A model generated the notes under the pieces. It searched no databases, was not told the DNA's origin, and saw nothing but the letters and a program-made list of their open reading frames with translations. From positions 5,059 through 69,058 of the IMG/VR virus record IMGVR_UViG_3300047160_035999: DNA of 64,000 bases, one strand, 5' to 3'. The translations under genes were made by a program, and so were the position numbers. This document shows, one piece after another, positions 17,382-26,007 of this stretch. How positions within the stretch are numbered: position 1 is the first letter of the stretch; each line of letters opens with the position of its first letter. The stretch comes from a virus.

Positions 17382-17741
17382 ATGAAGCCGTTTCGCCTCA
17401 CACCAGAGTCCCTCAACCGGATCAAGAAGTATGCGGCCGACCGGCGCAGTGCCGGCGCGATCGCGCGCCTCCTTGCCTGCTCGGTCGGCACCATCGAGAA
17501 CATCGCCCGCGAGCACGGCATCGATATCGTCAAGGATGACGGTGCGCCGCCGCTGTCCCGCTGTCGGCCGACGTTCGCAGGCGGAAGCACCATCGTCCTC
17601 GAGGTTCCGATCGGCTCCGCCGCCATGGAGCAGATCCGGCAGGAAGCCAACCGGCGCGGCTGCAAGCCCGCCGCGCTGGTCGCGCGCATGGCGGAGATCG
17701 TGGCGACTGACAAGATTTTTGCGGCGGTGCTCGATAAGTGA
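17382..17741 (+). CDS. HTH domain protein
   Basis: SAGAIARLLACSVGTIENIAREHGI HTH-like segment; possible C-terminal ribbon-helix-helix. Confidence 0.55.
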   Translation: MKPFRLTPESLNRIKKYAADRRSAGAIARLLACSVGTIENIAREHGIDIVKDDGAPPLSRCRPTFAGGSTIVLEVPIGSAAMEQIRQEANRRGCKPAALVARMAEIVATDKIFAAVLDK

Positions 17742-19588
17742 CGGTTCTCCGCACCAAGAAAGGCGCACTGACCGAACGTGTTGCGAGGCATCTGCTCGGC
17801 ACGCCGTCCGGCATTGACCCCATCAAGGGGCGCGTCTCCTTCGGAGAAATATCCGTCAACATCGCCACCGGCCGCTACTTCGATTCCGAGGACGAGACGA
17901 GTGGCACCCACATCGAGCTGATCCAGCGTTTCAAGAACCTGCAGAATGGCCAAGCCGAGAAGTGGCTCGAGGAGCATATCACCAAGGCGCCGAAGATCAT
18001 GCCGCCGGAGCAGGAGACCGAGCGTCTTCTTCTCGGCATGCTGGCGATGCGGCCCGGGCTGATCGAGGCGATCGAGGAGGAAGTGGAGGCGGCTCATTTT
18101 GCCTTGCCGTCGCACAAGATCATTTTCGAGTGCGTCAGAGACTTTGTTGTGCTGGTCCCGGAGCCGAGGCCGGCGATGCCCATACCGCACCTGCTGGCGG
18201 CTTATGGCGGCGATCCGCTCGCGCCGGTGGTCGGTGCTGAGGACTATACGGCGGCTCAGTATGTCGGGCTCTTGATCGCGCGCGCGCCTGAAGCTCCCGA
18301 CGCGGCACATCTCGCGCGGACGTTGGCAGCACAGATCCGAACCGCAGCCAATAGAGATGGCGACATCGAGGACGAGTACGACCTCGAGCCCGAACCGGAA
18401 CCGTTCGTGTCGCGGTTCGGAGGCATTGCCTTCGAGCAACTCGACGAGCCGGGCCCGGAGCATGCGCACGTCATCGACGATCTGATCACCGTCGGCGACA
18501 AGAGCATCCTGGGCGGGGAGTCCCAATCCGGCAAATCGTTCCTCGCCATCCACATGGCGATGAGCATCGCGACCGGCCGCCCCTTCTTCAGCCACAAGGT
18601 CATGACGCCGGGCCTCGTGATCTATCAGGCCGGCGAAGGGGGCCGAGGCATCAAGAAGCGGTTTCGGGCATGGCGGCAGTACTTCGGAATCGAACCAGGC
18701 CGAAAGGTGCCGCTCTACATCCTGCAATCGCGCGTCGACATCCACAGTCATGAAGGCGATACCGGAAAGCTCATCGAAGAGGTTCAAGGCATCTCGCGCA
18801 TGTATGGCATGCCGGTGGTCGCCCTCTTCATCGACACGCTCGCCAAGGCCTCCGGCGCGGCCGACGAGAACTCCGGGCGCGATATGGGCGTCGTCATGAC
18901 GAACGTCGACCGCATCGCCGACGCTGTGCCCGGCTGCCACGTCTGCCTCGTCCATCACCTCAACGCGGGCGGCACGAAGCTGCGCGGTCACACCTCGGTC
19001 TATGCCGGCGTCGATCAGGTCATCCTCGTCAAGAAGGACCCCGAGACGAAGCTCCGGTCCGCCGTGCTCGATAAGCAGAAGGACGATGCGGACGGGCTGA
19101 ATATCCAGTTCGAGCTGATGCAGGTCGAGATCGGACACCGGCCCGTCGACAACAAGCCGATCACGTCCTGCGTCGTTCTCCCGCTCGGCGGCAAGCTCGA
19201 AGCCAGGCTCGACGGCAAGGCGAAGGACCGGACCATCCCGCTCACGAGCCAACAGAAGAACATCCTGACCGCGCTCAAGGACGCGCTCGCCGAACATGGC
19301 GAGCCGACGCCGATCAGCCTGAAGCTGCCGCGGCAGATCGGCCGCGTCGTCCAATACAAGCACTGGCGCGAGGCCTATGCGGCGATCGCCGCCGATGCCG
19401 AGCCGAACGCCGTCAAGAAGGCGCTGACCCGTGCGGGCGAAAAGCTCTATGCGCTAGGCATCATCGGCAAGGTCAACCCGTACGTCTGGCTCACCGGCCG
19501 GGCAGCCGTGGAATCGCCCCTCGATGTGGCGCGGGGCGATAGCGGCGCCGCCCAGCCGAGCGGCATTCAGGAGGAGTTCCCGGAGTGA
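17738..19588 (+). CDS. Replicative helicase, AAA_25/RepA-like (SF4), with DnaB-N-like segment
   Basis: EQETERLLLGML...HF.LPSHKIIF; Walker A GESQSGKS; YQAGEG; FIDTLA; LVHH..A..TKLRGH. Confidence 0.85.
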   Translation: MTVLRTKKGALTERVARHLLGTPSGIDPIKGRVSFGEISVNIATGRYFDSEDETSGTHIELIQRFKNLQNGQAEKWLEEHITKAPKIMPPEQETERLLLGMLAMRPGLIEAIEEEVEAAHFALPSHKIIFECVRDFVVLVPEPRPAMPIPHLLAAYGGDPLAPVVGAEDYTAAQYVGLLIARAPEAPDAAHLARTLAAQIRTAANRDGDIEDEYDLEPEPEPFVSRFGGIAFEQLDEPGPEHAHVIDDLITVGDKSILGGESQSGKSFLAIHMAMSIATGRPFFSHKVMTPGLVIYQAGEGGRGIKKRFRAWRQYFGIEPGRKVPLYILQSRVDIHSHEGDTGKLIEEVQGISRMYGMPVVALFIDTLAKASGAADENSGRDMGVVMTNVDRIADAVPGCHVCLVHHLNAGGTKLRGHTSVYAGVDQVILVKKDPETKLRSAVLDKQKDDADGLNIQFELMQVEIGHRPVDNKPITSCVVLPLGGKLEARLDGKAKDRTIPLTSQQKNILTALKDALAEHGEPTPISLKLPRQIGRVVQYKHWREAYAAIAADAEPNAVKKALTRAGEKLYALGIIGKVNPYVWLTGRAAVESPLDVARGDSGAAQPSGIQEEFPE

Positions 19589-20313
19589 GCAGTCTTGTCC
19601 CTTTTGTCCCCAATGTCCCCGGTTTTGAAACTGGATTGGTTGTGAAAATGCGAGATAAATCAAAGCGCGGACGAAATCGCGGGGACAATGGAGACATTGG
19701 AGACGTCGATCCTTTGTCCAAAATGTCCCTCACTGATCGGGCCCGCCTCGCCGCCTTGGTCGAGGCCGACGGGGACGAGCAGCTTCGGGTCCACCTCTTG
19801 GGCGCGATCGGCCGCGCCGAGGCCGGCCAGCGCGCGCGGGAATCCGCCCGGGAGGTGCCGAGCAGCTGGACCATGATCCACGTGCTGGACCGGCTGGAGG
19901 AGGCCTATGCGGTGCTCTCTTCCCTTCCCGCCAAGACGAGGCCGCAGCAGTTCGGCAACGGCATGCCAACCCCGGTCCGGGAGAAGCTGACGAACAAGGA
20001 CTGGATCGACCTCCTCGAGGCCGGCGAGCTGGAGAAGGTCGAGCAGGACCGCAACCGCGTGCGCCTGGCGCCGACCACCGCGCAGATCACCAGGATGGAC
20101 CAGGCACTGGCATGGCCGTTCGAGTTCCTGCGCGACCAGCCCGAGCTTGCCAAGGCCATCAGCCTGCGGGCGTTGTGGGCGGTGCTGCGCGCCGACATCC
20201 GCAAGCGCTGTCAGCAGCGCGGCATCGATGCCGACAGGTTCAACCGGCAATGGCAGGAAGGCCTGCGCATTATCACTGCGCACCTGGTGGCCCGGCGGGT
20301 GCCGGTCACCTGA
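19585..20313 (+). CDS. DUF6362-like phage protein (possible late regulator)
   Basis: W....V.DRLEEA..VL..LP...PT.AQITRMDQAL.W pattern; last gene of the early rightward block. Confidence 0.55.
   Translation: MSSLVPFVPNVPGFETGLVVKMRDKSKRGRNRGDNGDIGDVDPLSKMSLTDRARLAALVEADGDEQLRVHLLGAIGRAEAGQRARESAREVPSSWTMIHVLDRLEEAYAVLSSLPAKTRPQQFGNGMPTPVREKLTNKDWIDLLEAGELEKVEQDRNRVRLAPTTAQITRMDQALAWPFEFLRDQPELAKAISLRALWAVLRADIRKRCQQRGIDADRFNRQWQEGLRIITAHLVARRVPVT
19595..19730. repeat. Iteron-like TGTCYC repeat cluster (candidate replication origin)
   Basis: TGTCCC at 19596, 19605, 19614, 19724; inverted GRGACA at 19682, 19691; AT-rich spacer between them; directly after the helicase. Confidence 0.6.
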
Positions 20314-20773
20314 TGATGTCCGGGGGAATTCTCAGCTCTCGACGTGCAATCTTACGAAGATCGTCGATCGCCGCTTCGATAGCAATTTCGCCCTCCTCTA
20401 CGTAAGAGGGCCAATCGTCAAAACGTACTTTGAGGTCATCGGCCAGCTTGGCAATTCGCTCAAGAAAAGCATCAGAGACAAGCCAAGTCTCCGCATCGAC
20501 CCGCCGCCTTATCGCAGCGGCGGCTTCCAAGGCTTCCTTCGCCAGCTTCTCCCGTTCATCATCAGGGATGTCGCGGCCGCGCTCCAACGCATCTGCGTGC
20601 GTAGCGAACCACTTGGCCTGATCGTGAAGCGCATCAAAGACAGCAGTGTAGGCGGCAGCCCGGCGCTCCCAAATCTTCTCGTGCCTAAATCGATCGAGAG
20701 CAAAACGAGCTGCAAGCCAAGACCCAACGAAAGCAGCGATGGCGGAAAGAACCGCGGTGGTGATTGCCATCAT
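20306..20773 (-). CDS. Single-pass membrane protein (moron-like)
   Basis: N-terminal TM AITTAVLSAIAAFVGSWLAA then helical domain; more AT-rich codons than neighbours. Confidence 0.6.
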   Translation of the reverse strand: MMAITTAVLSAIAAFVGSWLAARFALDRFRHEKIWERRAAAYTAVFDALHDQAKWFATHADALERGRDIPDDEREKLAKEALEAAAAIRRRVDAETWLVSDAFLERIAKLADDLKVRFDDWPSYVEEGEIAIEAAIDDLRKIARRELRIPPDIIR

Positions 20774-21111
20774 GTGATGAGCCTTCGCCTGATCTCCTCG
20801 CGCAGCATCTCGCGAATGATCCCGGTCGCCACGCTGCCGCCCTTGAAGTCGACGCCGAAGCGCTGACATGCCATCGCCGCGCCGCGCAGCATGTCGGGAC
20901 CGGGATTGACGCCCTGGCAGGCGAGCTGCAGCAGCTCGAGCTGGGCCGCCACCGGGCCGCTGGGGCCGGCGCCGGCCTCCCATTTGCGCCAGGTGTCCGC
21001 GCCGTTTGCCGGCGCGAGGCCCACGATCTTCGCCATGTCGGCCGTCGACAGCCGCCGGCCGATCGCATGGCCGAGCTCCTCGCGCAGATCCTTCAGCTCG
21101 TCGCCGGTCAT
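20770..21111 (-). CDS. XRE/Cro-type HTH protein
   Basis: MTGDELKDLRE.LG...TADMAKIVG...TWRKWEAG. Confidence 0.7.
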   Translation of the reverse strand: MTGDELKDLREELGHAIGRRLSTADMAKIVGLAPANGADTWRKWEAGAGPSGPVAAQLELLQLACQGVNPGPDMLRGAAMACQRFGVDFKGGSVATGIIREMLREEIRRRLIT

Positions 21112-21374
21112 GACGTTTGCGGCTTGACGAGCATCATGCCGTTCTCGGCCTGATGATACAGGATGGTCGCCCTCACCGCGTCCTCGACTGCGCGCATATG
21201 TTCACCGCAGAACCAGACCTCCTTCATCGGGCTTGGTTTTTGCGATCGGACCGCATCATTTGGGACGTAATATCGTGGATCCTCGCGGCCTTCCTCACCG
21301 TGCGGGCCTTGCGCCAGTAAAATGGAAAATTTGCCCGCGCTGCCGCAGCAGATGCACGCGATGCTAGATGCCAT
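21108..21374 (-). CDS. Small Cys-containing hypothetical protein
   Basis: MASSIACICCG...WFCGEH; RBS GGGAGG. Confidence 0.55.
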   Translation of the reverse strand: MASSIACICCGSAGKFSILLAQGPHGEEGREDPRYYVPNDAVRSQKPSPMKEVWFCGEHMRAVEDAVRATILYHQAENGMMLVKPQTS

Positions 21375-22017
21375 AAGGACCTCCCTTTTCGGCTCTGGAT
21401 TCGGTTGTCTTGAGGCTACAAAGTTCCGCGTCGAATGTCTCGCCCGTCTCCGCGCAGACGCAGGCAGTGATCGCCGGCACCGATGGAAAGACGTCCGGAT
21501 AGTGCCATCCCGGGGCCCGGCTGTGCACGCGCCCTGCCCGTCGCCGCATGCGGTGCTGATAGAACGCGATCGCCACGCGCAGGCCACGGCCGATATTCAG
21601 CGGCCGATTCAGCGCCGACACCGCCGGCGCGCGGACGACCTCCCCGTCGGCGAAGGTCACCACGATGGTAGGATTGCGGGTCTTGAAGGCGCTGAGGTGG
21701 TCGACCGGGTAATCGTGCCACGGGGGAGCCGGAAGCGCGGCGGTGGCGCGCGTAATGAGCGTTGGCGAGCCTCTGCCGCTCTCCAGAGCGGCCTTCAGCT
21801 TCAAGGCGGCGCCGTGCCAGTCTGGCGATGCAGCGGCCGCCTCGCGCTCGAACGCCGCCAAAGCCGCGGAGACCTCGCTCTCGCGCGGCTCCGGACCGTC
21901 GGTGCGCTGCGCCGGCGCCCACCCTTGCGCGCGCCTGGTCTGCCAGGCCTTGAAGGCGGCGGCCGAGCGGCGGCCGGAAATTCCACCATCGATGGGGACG
22001 ATCTCCGGCACCGTCAT
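21364..22017 (-). CDS. Hypothetical phage protein
   Basis: 217 aa ORF, ATGA-coupled to the MTase-like gene. Confidence 0.55.
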   Translation of the reverse strand: MTVPEIVPIDGGISGRRSAAAFKAWQTRRAQGWAPAQRTDGPEPRESEVSAALAAFEREAAAASPDWHGAALKLKAALESGRGSPTLITRATAALPAPPWHDYPVDHLSAFKTRNPTIVVTFADGEVVRAPAVSALNRPLNIGRGLRVAIAFYQHRMRRRAGRVHSRAPGWHYPDVFPSVPAITACVCAETGETFDAELCSLKTTESRAEKGGPYGI

Positions 22018-22841
22018 GTCTCCCCGAAAAGCGAGAGCTGGCGGGGCCGAGGCGCCGGTGGCGCCACCGTGCCCGTGGATGGAGGTTCAACCGATGGTGC
22101 CGGTAGAACCGCCTTGGGGTCGCAATTGAGCCGCTTGGGATGGAGGATTGCGGCAAGGGTGGGCGTCGATAGCCAGGTCTCGAGTGCCAGCGTATTGCCG
22201 TGGAAAACGGCCGCCGAGACGCCACAGATGTTGATTTGCAGGTATGCGGCACACTGCGCCTGGTAATCGATGTCGATCATGGTCCAATGGACCTGGCGCG
22301 CAAGGTCGAAGCCGTGCTCGCGGAGCACCTCGCAGGCGGCGAGCGCCATACTGCCGATACCGCAAGCCGGCTCCTGCAGCGTGATGAAGCCTCGGCCTGA
22401 TCGGCGGAATGCATCGACCGGCTGCTCGATGATCATCATCGCCATGGCCTTGGACAGATGGTATGGCGTGAAGAACTGGCCGAGCCGCGTGCTGGCCGCG
22501 ACCTCGCCGAAGACAGGCCCGATGAAATCGATTGGAGCGGCCTCGAGCGCGAGCACCAGCGCGCCGAGCATCCGAGAGAGGTCCGCCATCGTTTCGGCGG
22601 GGTGCCGGCACCGCTTCACGACACGCATATATTCGGCCTCGTTCTTGGCGCGGTCCTCCGGGCGGTGAACGAGTGTCGCGCCGCGCATTGCCCGGAATGT
22701 TGCGTCCAGCCAGTAGCTGACGGCTTCATGCGCGCGCCAGCCTTCCCGCCGGCATGCCTGGTTCATGTGATGGATGAACCGATCGCGCGCCTCGCGGTGC
22801 GCGTCGGTGTTGAGCAAGATCGCAGAGCGCTTGACGGTCAC
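22014..22841 (-). CDS. N-6 DNA methylase-like protein lacking catalytic motif IV
   Basis: GQFFTP (motif X), EPACGIGSM (motif I), DID, HGNTL; no (D/N/S)PP(Y/F). Confidence 0.75.
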   Translation of the reverse strand: MTVKRSAILLNTDAHREARDRFIHHMNQACRREGWRAHEAVSYWLDATFRAMRGATLVHRPEDRAKNEAEYMRVVKRCRHPAETMADLSRMLGALVLALEAAPIDFIGPVFGEVAASTRLGQFFTPYHLSKAMAMMIIEQPVDAFRRSGRGFITLQEPACGIGSMALAACEVLREHGFDLARQVHWTMIDIDYQAQCAAYLQINICGVSAAVFHGNTLALETWLSTPTLAAILHPKRLNCDPKAVLPAPSVEPPSTGTVAPPAPRPRQLSLFGET

Positions 22842-23281
22842 CGCAGCACCTGCAGGGCCTGCACCGTCGCGGCTCCACCGTCGGACATCACCAGAGTGCC
22901 GGCCGCCGAGTTGATGCGGTCAATGCGCGCAAGGTTCTCGCGGATGATGCTGGCGATCTTCTTCGAGTCGGTCTTCTTCGCGGGACGCGCCTTACGATCG
23001 AAGGTCAGTCGGTCGACCACGACGGTGGCGAGCAGCGGGTAATAGAACAGGCGGACCAGGCGCGGCCCGACGTCGAGCACGACATACCGGCGCCAGCCGC
23101 AGCCAACCTTCGCGTCATCAATGTTCAGATCCACCACCGGCTTTTTAGGATTGAAGGCGGCCGAGGGCTCGACGACGCCGGCGTTCAGCGTGGCGATGTC
23201 CGCGCGCGCTGCGTCGCGGGCGCGCCGCGTGGCCCATGCCTTCTGTGCAGCGTTCATCGGTGCGGGAGATTCACGCAGCAT
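22838..23281 (-). CDS. Hypothetical phage protein
   Basis: AAQKAWATRR motif; coupled to the next gene. Confidence 0.55.
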   Translation of the reverse strand: MLRESPAPMNAAQKAWATRRARDAARADIATLNAGVVEPSAAFNPKKPVVDLNIDDAKVGCGWRRYVVLDVGPRLVRLFYYPLLATVVVDRLTFDRKARPAKKTDSKKIASIIRENLARIDRINSAAGTLVMSDGGAATVQALQVLR

Positions 23282-23498
23282 CGTGACCTCCCGTCAGCTG
23301 CTCAAAGCGATCGGCGGGCAGATCGAGCACGAAGGCCACGAAGGCCCTGAGGCTGAAGCCGTCGTCCTGGCGCTCGGCGCGGAAGGCGAGATTGAGGGGA
23401 TGGTTAGACCAGAACGACCGGCGCGCGGCGGCGCGGCGAATGCCTTCTTGCTCGGAATAGACCCGGTCACCGGGCCGAATGTCGGAGAGTTGTCGCAT
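23271..23498 (-). CDS. Hypothetical phage protein
   Basis: 75 aa ORF with RBS AAGGA. Confidence 0.5.
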   Translation of the reverse strand: MRQLSDIRPGDRVYSEQEGIRRAAARRSFWSNHPLNLAFRAERQDDGFSLRAFVAFVLDLPADRFEQLTGGHDAA

Positions 23499-23542
23499 CG
23501 ATATGATCCTTCGAAAGGCGGGCCGATGGCCCTCTGCGAGAT

Positions 23543-23728
23543 TTATCCAGCGCGCTTGATGGTGATTGTGTCGCCGACGGCCAGGCTGTTGTTTTCGATG
23601 AGCTGCAAGACAGCAGCCTTCAGGCTGGCGTAGTAGAACGCGTTCGCGCCGTCGTCCGCAACAACGCGAGCGGTCAATTCCGCTGTCGTGCCGTTGGCGC
23701 GACGTAGAACAACAAGAACACTTTCCAT
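23543..23728 (-). CDS. Small hypothetical protein
   Basis: MESVLVVLRRANG...; RBS GAGG. Confidence 0.55.
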   Translation of the reverse strand: MESVLVVLRRANGTTAELTARVVADDGANAFYYASLKAAVLQLIENNSLAVGDTITIKRAG

Positions 23729-23778
23729 GGGAATACCTCGGAATGATGGGAGCGGCTCGTCACCGCTCCCCGCCCCGC

Positions 23779-24864
23779 TCAGGCCGCAGCCATCTCCATG
23801 ATCCGCGCGGCCGCGCAGTCGATCGCGTGACGGTCGGAGGCGTTCGGCAGATCGCGGGCGATCTCGGTCAGGCCGCCGGCATAGCCCCATATCGTGTTCG
23901 GCGCGCCGTACCAGTCGACGCGCTTCTCGGCCAGGTCGTACGCCTCGCCCGCAAGCGTCTTCGTGATGCCCTGCACCTTCAGCTTGAAGATGGCGTCGAG
24001 CACGTCTTCCTTCTTCGCGCCGAGCACGTGACGGCGGCAGCGCTCGACCTTCAGCTCGTCTTCGGAAGCGGACGCCTCGGCGTATTTCTTGACCTCGACC
24101 GCCATCATGTCGAAGGCCTTGCCGGATTGATCCTTGCCGATGTGGATGACCTTGGCTTCGGCGACGTCCTGCACGCCCCAAACGCGGTGGTTGCCGCAGA
24201 CGTATTCGTACAGGAATGTCATGATGCCGAAGGAAGCATCACCAACCTCGCTGTTCCAGCAGAAGAAGCCGCGCGACAGCCCGCCGCCGGGCCCGGTCTC
24301 GAAAATGCGGCGTTCGTTGTCGACGAGGAAGGCGAACATGTCGCGATCGCCGAGGTAAAGGCCGCGGCTGCCATCGAAGGCGGCCGGCGCCGGCTGCCAT
24401 GGGCCGCGCGCTTCGAGCTCGAGCAGTCGGCCGGTGATATCCGCGTTCCAGATGCGGGAATATTTGTCGGACGTAATCGCGCGCACGCGACCCTGGCCGT
24501 GCAGCAGCTGGACCGATTTTTCGCCGCTCTCGCCGCGGTGCTCCCGCTCCAGACCGACGTTGAGGCAGTCCGCGGCCAGCTGCGCCGGCAGCGTCTTCAG
24601 GTAGGCCGTCGGCGCCGATGCGCGCCCCGCCAGCTGGGAGAACGACCAGTTATTCATGACGGCTTCGCCGATGCCGTCGGCCTGTAGGATCAGGTTGTCG
24701 TTTGACGTGGCGACGGCGCGCAGCGCCTTGGCCTTGATCTCTTCGACGACGGCGGAGGACTTGAAGGCGCGCGCGGCCTTGTCCATGGCGTCGAGCGAGC
24801 CGAAGCGCTCGTCGGCCGGTCGCGATTCCCATTGGCGGTTGGCTTTGGTGAGGACGATAGACAT
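23779..24864 (-). CDS. DUF932/DUF945-like protein
   Basis: QW.SRPADERF.SL, WSFSQLA, LGDRDMFAFLVD, SRGFF..NSEVG, YEYVCGNH.VWG. Confidence 0.7.
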   Translation of the reverse strand: MSIVLTKANRQWESRPADERFGSLDAMDKAARAFKSSAVVEEIKAKALRAVATSNDNLILQADGIGEAVMNNWSFSQLAGRASAPTAYLKTLPAQLAADCLNVGLEREHRGESGEKSVQLLHGQGRVRAITSDKYSRIWNADITGRLLELEARGPWQPAPAAFDGSRGLYLGDRDMFAFLVDNERRIFETGPGGGLSRGFFCWNSEVGDASFGIMTFLYEYVCGNHRVWGVQDVAEAKVIHIGKDQSGKAFDMMAVEVKKYAEASASEDELKVERCRRHVLGAKKEDVLDAIFKLKVQGITKTLAGEAYDLAEKRVDWYGAPNTIWGYAGGLTEIARDLPNASDRHAIDCAAARIMEMAAA

Positions 24865-24890
24865 GTGCACTTTCTCCCTTCGTGCTGGTG

Positions 24891-25227
24891 GTGGGGCGAT
24901 GCCCCGGGAAGCTCACTGGAGGGGCGCGGCCCGTGAAGGCCGCGCCGCCCTTTCTCAATGAATGCGCTGCAGGATTGCGAGCGCCGCGACACCGGCGGCG
25001 ATCATGCTGCCGAGGCGGATCGTCAGCGCTGACTTCAGGTTGTCGAGCGAGAGGATCAGATCGGACTTCGTGACGAGTTCGTTCATGATGTACTTCTGAG
25101 CGGCTTCCGCGTGCGCGTCAGCCTCAGGACGGCCAACGCCAGCATCCTGAAGGTGCTTCGAAAATCCGAGGGTGTCAAAGGCAAAGGCCATAACATTCTC
25201 CGCTGTTTTGCGTGGGGCGATGCCCCG
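24891..25227. repeat. Two identical 16-bp hairpin repeats upstream of consecutive genes
   Basis: GTGGGGCGATGCCCCG at 24891-24906 and 25212-25227 (stem GGGGC/GCCCC). Confidence 0.75.
24955..25191 (-). CDS. DUF1640/CCDC90-like small protein with C-terminal TM
   Basis: FDTLGFSKHLQDAGV...AEAHA...LVTKSDL...LTIRLGSMIAAGVAALA. Confidence 0.7.
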   Translation of the reverse strand: MAFAFDTLGFSKHLQDAGVGRPEADAHAEAAQKYIMNELVTKSDLILSLDNLKSALTIRLGSMIAAGVAALAILQRIH

Positions 25228-25235
25228 TTGAAGTG

Positions 25236-25269
25236 AGGTTATATAACCGCATTTTTGAGCGCACCGCAA
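25236..25269 (-). promoter_or_regulatory. Leftward promoter with a CI-type operator over the -10 box
   Basis: Minus-strand TTGCGG (25264-25269), 17-18 bp spacer, TATATA; operator AGGTTATATAACCG (25236-25249, 12/14 match to the immunity operators). Confidence 0.65.
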
Positions 25270-25318
25270 GCATTTTTTGTATAAAATCCGCTACTTACGC
25301 CATTTTTCGGAGTAATTT

Positions 25319-25334
25319 TGTTTCACGTGACACT
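25319..25334. promoter_or_regulatory. parS-like site
   Basis: TGTTTCACGTGACACT, 14/16 match to the bacterial parS consensus TGTTTCACGTGAAACA, in an AT-rich intergenic region. Confidence 0.45.
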
Positions 25335-25366
25335 GCGGTTAAACACCTGCATGGTATAGGCCGCCC

Positions 25367-25936
25367 ATGGCAAAGCGTGACGACCTGATAGCCGGCCTAA
25401 TCGCCGGGAAAGCCCCCGCTATTGTTGCCCTGGTCCGGGGACCGGATGCCGAAATCCGCGCCGAAAGTGCCCCTTGGCCCGGCTCTGAAAGCTGGTCGGC
25501 GGCCGCTGTGGTCGACGCGATGGTGCTCGCCAAGCAAAGCCACGCCGAGCTGGTGGCCGCGATGGTGCGCGCAAGCCGCGACGCCGACGAGGCGATTGCA
25601 AGCATGCGGAGGATGGCCGACGAACTCGGTGCCGCGCCGCAAACCGTCGACCAGGTCATCGCCGCGGCCGCGGCCGAAGTCGACGAACTCGAGGTCCAGG
25701 TCAAGGCATGGAACGCGACCGGCGGCCTGTCGAAGATCAATGCGGCCTACAAGCGATATCGGACACTCTGCATCGCGACCGCAGCGACCGCCGTCAGCTA
25801 TTCCGATTATCTGCATGCCTACAAACTAAAGGTCGCCGACCAGGTTGGAAGAAACCTCGCCCTCGGAGCACCGAAGTTCACCGGTGTGCTCGACATCCAG
25901 CCGGACCCCCTGCCCTCGATCAAGACGCAGCGATGA
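25367..25936 (+). CDS. Hypothetical protein
   Basis: 189 aa helical ORF divergent from the leftward operon. Confidence 0.55.
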   Translation: MAKRDDLIAGLIAGKAPAIVALVRGPDAEIRAESAPWPGSESWSAAAVVDAMVLAKQSHAELVAAMVRASRDADEAIASMRRMADELGAAPQTVDQVIAAAAAEVDELEVQVKAWNATGGLSKINAAYKRYRTLCIATAATAVSYSDYLHAYKLKVADQVGRNLALGAPKFTGVLDIQPDPLPSIKTQR

Positions 25937-26007
25937 TCGCCGAGGCGCCGCGACCACGAACAGCGAATCTATGCGCCGAGTGAAAGTTAAAATCGCTAAA
26001 CCTGCCG

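Noticed and set aside
17141-19363. Long antisense ORFs (e.g. 740 aa at 17141-19363, 628 aa at 32958-34844, 569 aa at 56571-58280)
   Set aside because: Shadow frames opposite well-supported genes in high-GC DNA; no motifs or RBS
23707-23719. GAAC-N5-GAAC as an alphaproteobacterial LexA box
   Set aside because: Spacing is N5 rather than N7, and it lies inside a CDS
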